Shown here piece by piece: positions 1 to 9,449 of a stretch of DNA of 64,000 nt. Source of the stretch: Dehalococcoidia bacterium. Its GTDB lineage: Bacteria; Chloroflexota; Dehalococcoidia; Lucifugimonadales; G963668185. The notes beneath the pieces were generated by a model. That model had not been told where the DNA came from. It worked only from the letters and a program-made list of their open reading frames with translations, and ran no database searches. The first letter of the stretch is position 1. Every line of letters starts with the position of its first letter. The DNA lies in contig OZ253485.1 in assembly GCA_965261935.1 (NCBI GenBank), positions 106,832-170,831 on the forward strand, given 5' to 3'. Both the position numbers and the translations under genes were made by a program.

Positions 1-1
1 C

Positions 2-928
2 ATCAAGGAGGCCAGGAGCGCCACCGACGACATCGAGTCGGTCGTTCTGGTGCGCCTCGACGACGGCGGCCAGGTTGTCGACGGCAGCGAGACAGAGATC
101 GACTGCGACTCCGTTGTCCTCGCGATCGGCATGGTCCCGACGGTCGAGTTGCCGGCGCTGCTACAGTGCGAGCTGGCGTTCGACTCCGCGCGGGGCGGCT
201 GGGCGCCGGTGGTCGACGAGTGGATGCGCTCCAGCGTCGACAACGTGTTCATAGCCGGAGACGCCGCCGGCTTCAACGACGGCATGGTGACCAACCCCGC
301 GATCGCAGAGGCCCAGGGCCGCATCGCCGGCATCGCCGCTGCCGAGTCGCTCGGCGCCGTGGACAGCGCCACCGCCCACGCGAGGCGGTCGGAGCTTGCG
401 GCAGTCCTGGACGGTGCGGGAGCCTCAGAGGTGCACTCGCACTGGAAGCGTTGGATGCACGCGCTGATCAACGCGGGCGGCTTGGACGCTTACATCTGCC
501 AGTGTGAGGAGGTCACCAAGGGTGAGCTTCTCGACGTTTCGCCACCACGGTACCTGAAGTGGGAGTCGGAGCAGATGAGCGCGCGCAACTTGGGCACGCT
601 TCTGAACGACGGGCCTGTGAACCCTGACCAGGTCAAACGGCTAACTCGTGCGGGCATGGGACACTGCCAGGGCAGACGGTGCCGCGAGCACGTAATGATG
701 ATGCTCGCTGAAGAGTCGGGCACCGATCTGACGGAGGTCCCGATGATGAGCTATCGGCCTCCCGTACGCCCGCTGTCGCTGCGGGTGATGTGGCCGCACG
801 AGGAGACGCAGGAAACTCGGGACAACTGGGTTTCCTGGTTCCGCCAGCGCCGGCCGCTCTCGGACGAGGAGTTCGAGGAGCTGGTCGAGCAGAACAAGGG
901 CGTGATCCAGTCCCAGCAACAGGGCTGA
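2..928 (+). CDS. FAD/NAD(P)-dependent oxidoreductase, C-terminal part (5' end lies outside the window), with BFD-like [2Fe-2S]-binding cysteine motif (HcnB/OoxA/sarcosine-oxidase-alpha-like)
   Basis: The reading frame is open from nt 2 (IKEARSATDDIESVVLVRL...), so the listed 50..928 ORF is a truncated gene. It has a FIAGDAAG dinucleotide-fold motif. CQCEEVTKGEL ... AGMGHCQGRRC gives the C-x-C / C-x2-C pattern of BFD-like 2Fe-2S domains. Confidence 0.7.
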   Translation: MKEARSATDDIESVVLVRLDDGGQVVDGSETEIDCDSVVLAIGMVPTVELPALLQCELAFDSARGGWAPVVDEWMRSSVDNVFIAGDAAGFNDGMVTNPAIAEAQGRIAGIAAAESLGAVDSATAHARRSELAAVLDGAGASEVHSHWKRWMHALINAGGLDAYICQCEEVTKGELLDVSPPRYLKWESEQMSARNLGTLLNDGPVNPDQVKRLTRAGMGHCQGRRCREHVMMMLAEESGTDLTEVPMMSYRPPVRPLSLRVMWPHEETQETRDNWVSWFRQRRPLSDEEFEELVEQNKGVIQSQQQG

Positions 929-1079
929 AGCAGTTCGATAACGACCGGAAGATTGTGAGATGGGCGGGGCGGTCAGGTGACCGCCCCGCCGGCTTTCTGC
1001 GCTGGCAAGGGTCGCCTGTATCATGACCTCTTCGCAGTGGATTGACGTATGGTCTCCGCATTAGCAATCGAGGCTGTCA

Positions 1080-1766
1080 TTGAATGACATTGCCGCATGT
1101 GTGGGAAGGCAAGTTGTCATGATCCCCGCGATCGATCCGGAGGCCGACTACAAGGCACTGGTGAAGAGAGGCTACGATGCGTGCGCGAGGGCGTACGATG
1201 GGTCCCGAATCACTGAGCCGGGAACTGAGATACGCGGACTGTCAGACCGCCTGCAAGATGGCGACGCCGTGCTCGATGTTGGCTGTGGCGCTGGCGTCCC
1301 TGTCTCCAGGTGGCTGGCCTCACGCTGCCGCGTCACGGGAGTGGACGTCTCACAAGAGATGGTCCATTTAGCGCGCAGGAATGTACCGACTGGCGATTTC
1401 CTGTGCGCTGACATTATGTCGGTTCGCTATCCTCCAGACAGCTTTCATGCGGTGGTGGCGTTCTACTCCGTATTCCACCTTCCCAGAGAAGAGCACCCGG
1501 ACCTGTTTCGGAGGATCCATCGGTGGCTCAGGCCAGGCGGGCACATGCTGTGCACCCTGAGTTATTGCAATGAAGAGGGTTACACGGAGGAGGACTTCTT
1601 TGGGGCGACGATGTATTGGAGCAACTACAGCCTGGAGGAGTACCTGGAGATACTGAACGAAGTTGGATTCGTGCTGCTTGAGGTATGGTCCACGGCTGAC
1701 GGCTACGAGGAGTCGCCTCAGTATGGCATGGAGGACCATCCCCTGGTCCTGGCGAGAAAACCGTGA
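1080..1766 (+). CDS. Class I SAM-dependent methyltransferase
   Basis: Motif I is LDVGCGAGVP, followed by FHAVVAFYSVFHL and LRPGGHM, typical of the Methyltransf_11/25 fold. The listed start is TTG at 1080. An in-frame ATG at 1119 (MIPAIDPE...) is an equally plausible start. Confidence 0.8.
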   Translation: MNDIAACVGRQVVMIPAIDPEADYKALVKRGYDACARAYDGSRITEPGTEIRGLSDRLQDGDAVLDVGCGAGVPVSRWLASRCRVTGVDVSQEMVHLARRNVPTGDFLCADIMSVRYPPDSFHAVVAFYSVFHLPREEHPDLFRRIHRWLRPGGHMLCTLSYCNEEGYTEEDFFGATMYWSNYSLEEYLEILNEVGFVLLEVWSTADGYEESPQYGMEDHPLVLARKP

Positions 1767-1940
1767 TGGTTAATACCTCGAGCCGCTCTTCCAGCTACCG
1801 CGCGAAGCCGATAGTAATGATCTATGACATTTCGTTAGTTGACCCCACATATGAGGAAAAACTACGATGATGCCCTTCGAGGATCGTGCGTTGATCACAG
1901 TAAATTGGAAGAAAACTGAGCCGCAACGGAGGACGAGGCC

Positions 1941-3005
1941 ATGCCCAACTATGAACATCTGAAGAACCGCTTGGACCAGGGTGACGTGATCATCCTGGAT
2001 GGGGCAATCGGGACCGAGCTCCAGACAATGGGTGCCCCCATGGACCCGGCATCGTGGTGCGGCCCGGCCAACTACACGCACCCGGCAACCGTCCGCCTAA
2101 TGCATCAGCGCTACATCCGGGCGGGGGCAGACATCATAACCACCAACACGTTCAACACCATACGCCCTGCGCTGGAGGCGTCCGGTTACACCGACAAGGT
2201 GAGGGAGATAAACACGCGCGCAGTCGACGCGGCGATCGAAGCCAGAGACCGGGTTGCTGGCGATAGAGACGTTTACATCGCCGGCTCTATTGCGTGCCGG
2301 ACGCCCGTTCGCGACTCCAGGACCGGCACGCTGCAGGGTGGCACCGGCTACGGCTACGGCGCCAGCTTCTCGGCGCAGGAGTTACGAGCGTACGTAGACG
2401 AACAGGCCGAGGTCCTGGCCGAGTCCGGGGTTGACTTCTTTCTGATTGAGAACATGTGGGCCGACAACGAGTCCAGGGCGATTTCTACCGAGGCAGCCAA
2501 GGCCACGGGCCTGCCGGTCTGGGTGGCGTTCACAGCCTCAATGGCGCCGGACGGCCAGACCGTCAGGATGGACTTCGGAGGCACCCGCAACGCCTATAGC
2601 GGAGGCATGGGGATGCCTCTGTGGACTTCCGACTGGCGCCCGATCAACCATGAAATGACACTGGCGGAAGGCATGGCGGAAATCATCAGGCTGGAGCCGG
2701 ATGTGCTGGGCGTATTCCACGCTAGGATAGCCGCCACTACTGAGGCGCTGCGTGTCATGCTCGCGCAATGGTCCGGCCCCGTTGTTGCCTATCCTGACTC
2801 CGGTAGGGGGGACTTCATAGAGACCTGGCGCGACGCCAGCCTGACCAATGAAGAGTCTCCGGAGGACCTGATGCATGAGTCCGCCAAGTGGGTGGAAATG
2901 GGAGCACAGGTGATAGGCGGCTGCTGCGGGTTCGGCGCCGACTACATCGAGCCACTGCGCGGTGGCCTGCCGGGCCGCATCCCATCGCCGCGAGTAGCCG
3001 CGTAG
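1941..3005 (+). CDS. Homocysteine S-methyltransferase family protein (Hcy-binding domain; BHMT/MmuM-like)
   Basis: N-terminal ILDGAIGTELQ and C-terminal VIGGCCGFGADYIEPL (zinc-binding GGCCG signature). Full-length 354-aa ORF. Confidence 0.85.
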   Translation: MPNYEHLKNRLDQGDVIILDGAIGTELQTMGAPMDPASWCGPANYTHPATVRLMHQRYIRAGADIITTNTFNTIRPALEASGYTDKVREINTRAVDAAIEARDRVAGDRDVYIAGSIACRTPVRDSRTGTLQGGTGYGYGASFSAQELRAYVDEQAEVLAESGVDFFLIENMWADNESRAISTEAAKATGLPVWVAFTASMAPDGQTVRMDFGGTRNAYSGGMGMPLWTSDWRPINHEMTLAEGMAEIIRLEPDVLGVFHARIAATTEALRVMLAQWSGPVVAYPDSGRGDFIETWRDASLTNEESPEDLMHESAKWVEMGAQVIGGCCGFGADYIEPLRGGLPGRIPSPRVAA

Positions 3006-3143
3006 GCTTGCCTGGCGCAGAGCCAGGTTGCGTGTTTCACACCTTGAGTGGAACGGACAACGCCAGTCCGACTCGGTGGGACTAGCGCACAGTCCAAGCC
3101 TTCGCTGTGAGATGGCCGTCGGCATGTAACGGCCACCGGTGCG

Positions 3144-4367
3144 CTACTCTGCGCTTGCGCCGGCAGCCTTCAGCGTGTCCTCAACCCAGCGGTTGAACCA
3201 GTACGGCCCCGTTTCCTGGCGCGCAAACACGCTCTGGTTATGATGACGGCGTCCGCTCTCGATGCCCGACTGCTGCCACTCCACATTCTGCGCGTCCTGC
3301 AGGTTTGTGATCTGCCATAGCTCGTAGGCCCTCTTGGCATCGAAGTCGTCGCGCTCCATTGTCTCCGGCTCGAACAGGTAGTCCAACGTCAGTTGAAGCG
3401 TTGTCGGGCCCGTCGGAAGAAGCCGCTGCGTGTGCACGAAGTCTGGGTGCGACCTTATGAATAGGCTGGGTCGCATGATCGTGCCGTCCCTCGGGGTGTT
3501 CAGCTCCCTCTCGGTGAGCGTGCTAATCGGCGGTCCGCTGAGTTGGCCGTCCATCGTCCACGTTTTGCCGCCAGGTATGATGTCCGCCCCTCCGGAGAGC
3601 GACATCGTGTCGCCGCCGGACGATCTCCACTCCGGGTCCTGGCGAACGTCCGTTAGGCCCTTGGAGAAAATAGGCACCAGGCTGATCAGCTCCGGGTGAA
3701 CTGAAGGGCAGTGGAAACATTCCAGAAAGTTCTCGAACCACAGTTTCCAGTTCGCCTTTAGCTCAGCAACGTAGCGAAAGCCCAGCCGCAGGTCTTCCAG
3801 CCGGTAGTTCTTGAGCCTCTCCGGCGCGTCGCCGAGTGCGTCCCCCAGGGGCTCGGCCCGGTCACCGGCCAGGTTCACGAACACGAATCCGCCCCATTCA
3901 CCAACGGCTACGTCGTACAGTGAGTAGTCTTTCATTTCGAAGTCGGCAGACTCTAGCTGGTGCGGCGTCGCGATCAGGTCCCCCTCCAGCGAGTAGGTCC
4001 ACGCGTGGTACGGACAGACGATGGAGCCGCCTTCGAAGCGGCCCTCGTCCTGCGTGCACAGTATCGAGCCGCGGTGCCGGCACGTGTTGTGGAACGCTCG
4101 GACGTTGCCCCGCAGGTCCCTGGTTACGACGAGGTTCTGCCCGCCGATTGTGACGACCTTATAGTCCCTGGGAGAGGCCACCTCTTCCGAGCGACACGCG
4201 AAGATCCACATGCCGTACCAGAAGACGTCGAGCTCTTTGCGGTAGTGTTCCGGGTCGTAGTGCCAGCGACTAGGGAAGCTCTTGCCTGTCTCGTCGAGCA
4301 ACAGCGTTGGCCGACGCTCCGCGCTAACAGAAGTGGCTAGGTTTTCCAGCTTTGATTCCGAGTTCAA
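3144..4367 (-). CDS. Rieske [2Fe-2S] non-haem-iron oxygenase alpha subunit, paralog 1 (GbcA/CntA/Stc2-like)
   Basis: CRHRGSILC...CPYHAWTY Rieske motif. NWKLWFENFLECFHCPSVHPEL mononuclear-iron motif. The listed 602-aa ORF (to 4952) is a read-through of the out-of-frame 3' end of the upstream paralog. The most plausible start is the TTG at 4365-4367, which overlaps the TGA of paralog 2 and has GGAG about 10 nt upstream. The start is uncertain by a few codons. Confidence 0.85.
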   Translation of the reverse strand: MNSESKLENLATSVSAERRPTLLLDETGKSFPSRWHYDPEHYRKELDVFWYGMWIFACRSEEVASPRDYKVVTIGGQNLVVTRDLRGNVRAFHNTCRHRGSILCTQDEGRFEGGSIVCPYHAWTYSLEGDLIATPHQLESADFEMKDYSLYDVAVGEWGGFVFVNLAGDRAEPLGDALGDAPERLKNYRLEDLRLGFRYVAELKANWKLWFENFLECFHCPSVHPELISLVPIFSKGLTDVRQDPEWRSSGGDTMSLSGGADIIPGGKTWTMDGQLSGPPISTLTERELNTPRDGTIMRPSLFIRSHPDFVHTQRLLPTGPTTLQLTLDYLFEPETMERDDFDAKRAYELWQITNLQDAQNVEWQQSGIESGRRHHNQSVFARQETGPYWFNRWVEDTLKAAGASAE

Positions 4368-5599
4368 GGAGTGCTTGCTCCGTTCATCTTCTCCTGCACC
4401 CACTGGTTGAAGGCGTTGGGCCCCGTCTCCTGTATCGCGAACACGCTGCGATCGTGGACCCTGCGCCCGCCCTCGATGCCCGCCTGTTGCCATTCCACGT
4501 TTTGCGCGTCCTGCTGGTTCGTGATGTGCCACAGCTCGTACGCGCGCTTGGCTTCGAAGTCGTCGCGCTCCATCGTTTCCGGCTCGAACAGGTAGTCCCA
4601 CGTCAACTGGAGCGTGTTCGGACCGGTCGGCAGCAGACGCTGCGTGTGGACGTAGTCCGGGTGCGTGCTCATGAAAAGGCTGGGCCGCAGCACCGTACCG
4701 TTCACCGGATGCATGAGCTCCTGTTCGGTGAGCGTGCTGATCGGCGGGCCGCTCAGCTTGCCGTCCATCGTCCACGTCATGCCGCCTGGGATGATGTCCG
4801 CACCCACCAGCCTCATCGACTCTCCGCCGCTTGTCCGCCACTCCGGGTCCTGCCGCACATCCACGAGGCCCTTGGCATAGATCGGAACGAGGTTGATCAG
4901 TTCCGGGTGGACCTGCGGGCAGTGGAAGCACTCCGTGTAGTTCTCGAACCACAGCTTCCAGTTTGCCTTGAGTTCCGCGACGTACCGGAAGCCGAGGCGC
5001 AGGTCCTCCAGCCGGTAGTTACTGAGTCTCTGCGGCGCGTCGCCCAGCGCGTCTTCCAGCGGCTCCGCACGGTCGCCAGCGAGGTTCACGAACACCAGGC
5101 CGCCCCATTCGCCCACGGCCACGCCGTACAGCGAGTAGTCTTTCTTGTCGAAGTCGGCCGACTCCAGCTGGTGCGGTGTCGCGATCAGATCGCCCTCCAG
5201 CGAGTATGTCCACGCGTGGTACGGGCAGACTATCGATCCGCCCTCGAACCGTCCGGCGTCCCGTGTGCACAGGATGGAGCCCCGGTGCCGGCACGTGTTA
5301 TGGAACGCTCGGACGTTGCCCTTAAGATCCCGGGTGATGACGACGTTCTGGTCGCCAATGGAGACAACCTTGTAGTCCCTGGCCGAGGCGACTTCCTCGG
5401 AGCGGCACGCGTAGATCCACATGCTGTACCAGAAGATATCGAGTTCCTTCCGGTGGTGGTCGGGGTCGAAGTGCCAGTGGTTCGGGAAGCTCTTCCCCAT
5501 GCCTTCCAGCAGCTCCAGTGGCCGAATCGACGCGCTTGAAGACCGCACCTCGATCTGGTCGCCATAGACGGTGCCACAGCAATCGCTCTGCTGCGTCAT
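4364..5599 (-). CDS. Rieske non-haem-iron oxygenase alpha subunit, paralog 2
   Basis: CRHRGSILC...CPYHAWTY; NWKLWFENYTECFHCPQVHPEL; 411 aa. Closest by eye to paralogs 1 and 8 (VNLAGDRAEPL segment). Confidence 0.9.
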   Translation of the reverse strand: MTQQSDCCGTVYGDQIEVRSSSASIRPLELLEGMGKSFPNHWHFDPDHHRKELDIFWYSMWIYACRSEEVASARDYKVVSIGDQNVVITRDLKGNVRAFHNTCRHRGSILCTRDAGRFEGGSIVCPYHAWTYSLEGDLIATPHQLESADFDKKDYSLYGVAVGEWGGLVFVNLAGDRAEPLEDALGDAPQRLSNYRLEDLRLGFRYVAELKANWKLWFENYTECFHCPQVHPELINLVPIYAKGLVDVRQDPEWRTSGGESMRLVGADIIPGGMTWTMDGKLSGPPISTLTEQELMHPVNGTVLRPSLFMSTHPDYVHTQRLLPTGPNTLQLTWDYLFEPETMERDDFEAKRAYELWHITNQQDAQNVEWQQAGIEGGRRVHDRSVFAIQETGPNAFNQWVQEKMNGASTP

Positions 5600-5644
5600 T
5601 CGTGTACCTCCCTTGGTCTTCCCCCTGCCCCTGGCGTTTCGCGG

Positions 5645-6862
5645 TTACGAATCGCGACTGATCACTACTTGCCCCGCGGCTCCCATGGTCTCCATCACCC
5701 ACTGGTTGAAATGGTGCGGCCCAGTCTCCTGAGGCACGAACACGCTGTGCTCGTGGTGCTTGCGGCCGCCCTCGATGCCGGCCTGCTGCCACTCGACGTT
5801 TTGCGCGTCCTGCAGGTTGGTGATGTGCCAGAGCTCGTATGCCCGCTTGGCGTCGAAGTCGTCACGCTCCATCGTCTCCGGCTCGAACAGGTAGTCCCAC
5901 GTGAGCTGCACCGTGGTCGGGCTCGTGGGGATCATCTGCTGCGTGTGCACGTAGTCCGGGTGCGCGATGAAGAAGAGATTTGGCCTGAGCTGCATCCCGG
6001 TGATGACGCTGTTCGCCTCCTCTTCCGTCAGTCCGCTGAACGTGGGGCCGCTGAGCTGGCCGTCCATCGTCCACGTCTTGCCGCCCGGTATGATGTCCAT
6101 GACGTGAAGCAGCATCGTCTCGCCGCCGGAGGTCCTCCACTCCGGGTCCTGCTGGACGCCGCTCAGCCCCTTGGAAAATATCGGCACAATGTTGACGAGC
6201 TCAGGGTGCACCTGCGGGCAGTGGAAGCACTCGGTGAAGTTCTCGAACCAGAGCTTCCAGTTCGCCTTGATCTCCTTCACGTAGCGAAAGCCCAGCCTGA
6301 GTCTCTCCGGGTGGTAGTTATTGAACTTGAGGGGAGTGTCTCCCAGCGTCTCTTCGAGCGGATCGGCCGCTCCCGGCGTGAGATTGACGAACACGAAGCC
6401 GCCCCACTCGCCGACTGCCGCTTCGTAGAGTGAGTAGGCTTTCATGTCGAAGTCGGCCGACTCAAGCTGGTGCGGCGTGGCGATCAGGTTCCCTTCCAAC
6501 GAGTACGTCCACGCGTGGTACGGGCAGACGATGGAGCCGCCCTCGAAGCGGCCCTCGTTCTGCGTGCACAGGATCGACCCTCGGTGCCGGCACGTGTTGT
6601 GGAAGGCCCTGAGGTTGCCCTTCAGGTCCCTTGTCAGGACGATGTTCTGCCCGCCGATCGCGACGACCTTGTAATCCCTCGGCGAGGCCACCTCTTCCGA
6701 CCTGCAGACGTTGATCCACATGCGGTACCAGAACGCCTCCAGCTCCTTCTGGTAGTGCTCGGAATCGGAATGCCAGCTGTTCGGGAAGCTGGGCTCCAGC
6801 TTGTCAAGCGTGTTGCGCCTGTGCTGGTAGGTGTACAGTTGCATCTCAGGGACCTCCTTCAC
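5645..6862 (-). CDS. Rieske non-haem-iron oxygenase alpha subunit, paralog 3
   Basis: Same Rieske and Fe-site motifs (ENFTECFHCPQVHPEL). AAGGAGG Shine-Dalgarno sequence upstream of the ATG at 6862. Confidence 0.9.
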   Translation of the reverse strand: MKEVPEMQLYTYQHRRNTLDKLEPSFPNSWHSDSEHYQKELEAFWYRMWINVCRSEEVASPRDYKVVAIGGQNIVLTRDLKGNLRAFHNTCRHRGSILCTQNEGRFEGGSIVCPYHAWTYSLEGNLIATPHQLESADFDMKAYSLYEAAVGEWGGFVFVNLTPGAADPLEETLGDTPLKFNNYHPERLRLGFRYVKEIKANWKLWFENFTECFHCPQVHPELVNIVPIFSKGLSGVQQDPEWRTSGGETMLLHVMDIIPGGKTWTMDGQLSGPTFSGLTEEEANSVITGMQLRPNLFFIAHPDYVHTQQMIPTSPTTVQLTWDYLFEPETMERDDFDAKRAYELWHITNLQDAQNVEWQQAGIEGGRKHHEHSVFVPQETGPHHFNQWVMETMGAAGQVVISRDS

Positions 6863-6895
6863 TAACGCCGCGCACTCCGTTCGGCCCGCTGCCGC

Positions 6896-8103
6896 CTAGC
6901 CGTCGCGCCTGAGCACCTCATGTCCCGCGGACTCAATGATGTCCATGACCCAGTTGTTGAAATGGTGCGGCCCCTTCTCCTGTGGCACGAAGACACTGTA
7001 GTCGTGGTGATTGAGGCTGCTCTGGATCCCCGCCTGCTGCCACTCGACGTTCTGCGCGTCCTGCAGGTTGGTGATTTGCCACAGCTCGTACGCGCGCTTC
7101 ACGTCGAAGTCCTCACGCTCCATCGTCTCCGGTTCGAACAGGTAGTCCCACGTTAGCTGCACCGTGGTCGGGCTCGTGGGAATCATTTGCTGTGTGTGCA
7201 CGTAGTCGGGGTGCGCGATAAAGAAGAAGTTTGGTCGGAGTTGCATCCCTGTGACGGCGCGGTTGGCCTCTTCTTCCGTCAGGCCGCTGAATGTCGGACC
7301 GCTGAGTTTGCCGTCTATCGTCCACGTCCTGCCGCCGGGGATTATGTCGGAGCCGCCGTGCAGCACCATCGTGTCGCCTCCGGAAGGCTTCCACTCCGGG
7401 TCTTCGCTGACTCGTATAAGGCCCTTGGCATAGATCGGCACAATGTTGATGAGCTCCGGGTGGACCTGCGGGCAGTGGTAGCATTCCGAGAAGTTCTCGA
7501 ACCACAGCTTCCAGTTCCCTTTGATTTCATGCACGTACCGGAAGCCCACCTTCAGCCTTTCCGGGTGGTAGTTCTTGAACTTCTCAGGGGTGTCTCCCAG
7601 TGCCGCTTCGAGCGGCTCGGCCTCCTCGGGCGTGAGGTTCACGAACACGAAGCCGCCCCATTCTCCGACCGCCGCCTCGTAAAGCGAATAGTCTTTCATG
7701 TCGAAGTCGGCCGACTCCAGCTGGTGTGGCGTGGCGATCAGCCTGCCCTCCAGCGAGTACGTCCACGCATGGTAAGGGCAGACGATGGACCCGCCCTCGA
7801 AGCGCCCCTTCGCGTGTCCGTGCAGAGAATCGAGCCCCGGTGCCTGCAGGTGTTGTGAAACGCCCTCAGGTTGCCTTTGAGGTCCCTTGTTAGGACGAGG
7901 TTCTGATCGCCGACGCTGACAACCTTATAGTCCCTGGGCGAGGCGACCTCGTCCGATCTGCAGACGTTGATCCACATCCTGTACCAGAATGCGTCCAGAT
8001 CCTTCTGGTAGTCCTCGGGATCGTAGTGCCAACTATTGGGGAAGCTCGGCTCCATCTTGTCGAGACTGCGTTGACTGGTCTCGTACGAAAACAACTGTGT
8101 CAT
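6896..8103 (-). pseudogene. Rieske oxygenase alpha subunit, paralog 4, disrupted by a frameshift
   Basis: The N-terminal ORF 7738..8103 matches the paralogs up to CRHRGSILCT, then runs out of frame (DTRRGASRAG...). The other frame resumes with AKGRFEGGSIVCPYHAWTYSLEG and continues into ORF 6896..7699. Between the CT codons and GRFEGG there are 11 nt, where the paralogs have 9 (QDE). This is a +2/-1 indel near 7811-7820. Confidence 0.85.
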
Positions 8104-8169
8104 GCGTGTCTCCTCTCTGCTCGCTGGATATCCCGCTCACGCCGCGCACTCCGTTCGGCCCGCTGCCGC

Positions 8170-9381
8170 CTAACGGTCGCGCCTGAGCACCTCGTGCCCC
8201 CCGGCATCCATGACCTCCATGACCCACTGGTTGAACTGGTGCGGACCTGTCTCCTGCGGCGTGAACACGCTGTAGTCGTGGTGCTTGCTGCCGCCTTCGA
8301 TGCCTGCCTGCTGCCACTCGACGTTCTGGGCGTCCTGCAGGTTCGTGATGTGCCACAACTCGTAGGCGCGCTTTGCGTTGAAGTCCTTGCGCTCCATCGT
8401 CTCCGGCTCGAACAGGTAGTCCCACGTTAGCTGTACCGTAGTCGGGCTCGTGGGGATCATCTGCTGCGTATGCACGTAGTCGGGGTGCGCAATGAAGAAG
8501 AAGTTTGGCCGGAGTTGCATCCCATTGATAACACTGGTGGCCTCCTCTTCCGTCAGGCCGCTGAACGTCGGGCCGCTGAGTTGGCCGTCCATGGTCCAAG
8601 TCCTACCGCCGGGGATGATATCGGAGCCGCCGTGCAGCACCATCGTGTCCCCGCCGGAAGGCTTCCACTCCGGGTCTTGATTGACTCGACCAAGCCCCTT
8701 CGAAAAGATCGGCACGATGCTGATGAGCTCCGGATGGACCGTCGGGCAGTGGTAGCACTCCGAGAAGTTCTCAAACCACAGTTTCCAGTTCCCCTTGATC
8801 TCATGCACGTACCGGAAGCCCACCTTCAGCCGTTCCGGGTGGTAGTTCTTGAACTTCTCCGGCGTGTCTCCCAGCGCCGCTTCGAGCGGCTCGGCCGGGT
8901 CCGGGGACAGGTTTACGAACACGAACCCGCCCCATTCTCCGACAGCCACGTCGTAGAGCGAGTAGTCTTTCATTGCGAAGTCGGCCGACTCAAGCTGGTG
9001 CGGCGTGGCGATCAGCTTCCCCTCCAGTGAGTACGTCCACGCGTGGTACGGGCAGACTATCGATCCGCCTTCAAACCGGCCCTCGTCTTGCGTGCACAGG
9101 ATCGAGCCACGGTGCCGGCACGTGTTGTGGAACGCTCTCAGTTTGCCCTTGAGGTCCCTCGTGAGGACGAGGTTCTGATCGCCAATGCTGACAACCTTGT
9201 AGTCTCGCGGCGAGGCGATTTCGTCCGACCTGCAGACGTTGATCCACATGCGATACCAGAAGGCTTTGAGTTCCTTCTGGTAATGCTCAGGATCGTAGTG
9301 CCAGCTATTGGGGAAGCTCGGCTCCAGCTTGTCGAGCCTCCTGATCCTCATCCTGCTCTCGTACGAGTACAACTGCGTCAT
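8170..9381 (-). CDS. Rieske non-haem-iron oxygenase alpha subunit, paralog 5
   Basis: CRHRGSILC...CPYHAWTY; NWKLWFENFSECYHCPTVHPEL; 403 aa. Confidence 0.9.
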   Translation of the reverse strand: MTQLYSYESRMRIRRLDKLEPSFPNSWHYDPEHYQKELKAFWYRMWINVCRSDEIASPRDYKVVSIGDQNLVLTRDLKGKLRAFHNTCRHRGSILCTQDEGRFEGGSIVCPYHAWTYSLEGKLIATPHQLESADFAMKDYSLYDVAVGEWGGFVFVNLSPDPAEPLEAALGDTPEKFKNYHPERLKVGFRYVHEIKGNWKLWFENFSECYHCPTVHPELISIVPIFSKGLGRVNQDPEWKPSGGDTMVLHGGSDIIPGGRTWTMDGQLSGPTFSGLTEEEATSVINGMQLRPNFFFIAHPDYVHTQQMIPTSPTTVQLTWDYLFEPETMERKDFNAKRAYELWHITNLQDAQNVEWQQAGIEGGSKHHDYSVFTPQETGPHQFNQWVMEVMDAGGHEVLRRDR

Positions 9382-9449
9382 GCAGGTCTCCTTTCTGTTC
9401 GCTGCGTCTCCTGCTCACGCCGTGACGAAGGTGCCCGGACGGCCCGGGT

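Noticed and set aside
4368-4952. N-terminal 195 codons of the listed 602-aa ORF 3144..4952
   Set aside because: This part is the out-of-frame translation of the 3' end of paralog 2 (Arg/Gly/Ala-rich, no homology to the other paralogs). The paralog-like sequence begins only near 4367.
4352-5539. Very long plus-strand ORFs running antisense through the Rieske array (for example 4352..5539 at 395 aa, 9912..10982 at 356 aa, 12275..13009, 13868..14578)
   Set aside because: They are mirror frames of strongly supported minus-strand genes in high-GC DNA. Their translations are Arg/Ala/Pro/Val-rich low-complexity strings with no motifs. Stop-codon-poor antisense frames are expected at this GC content.
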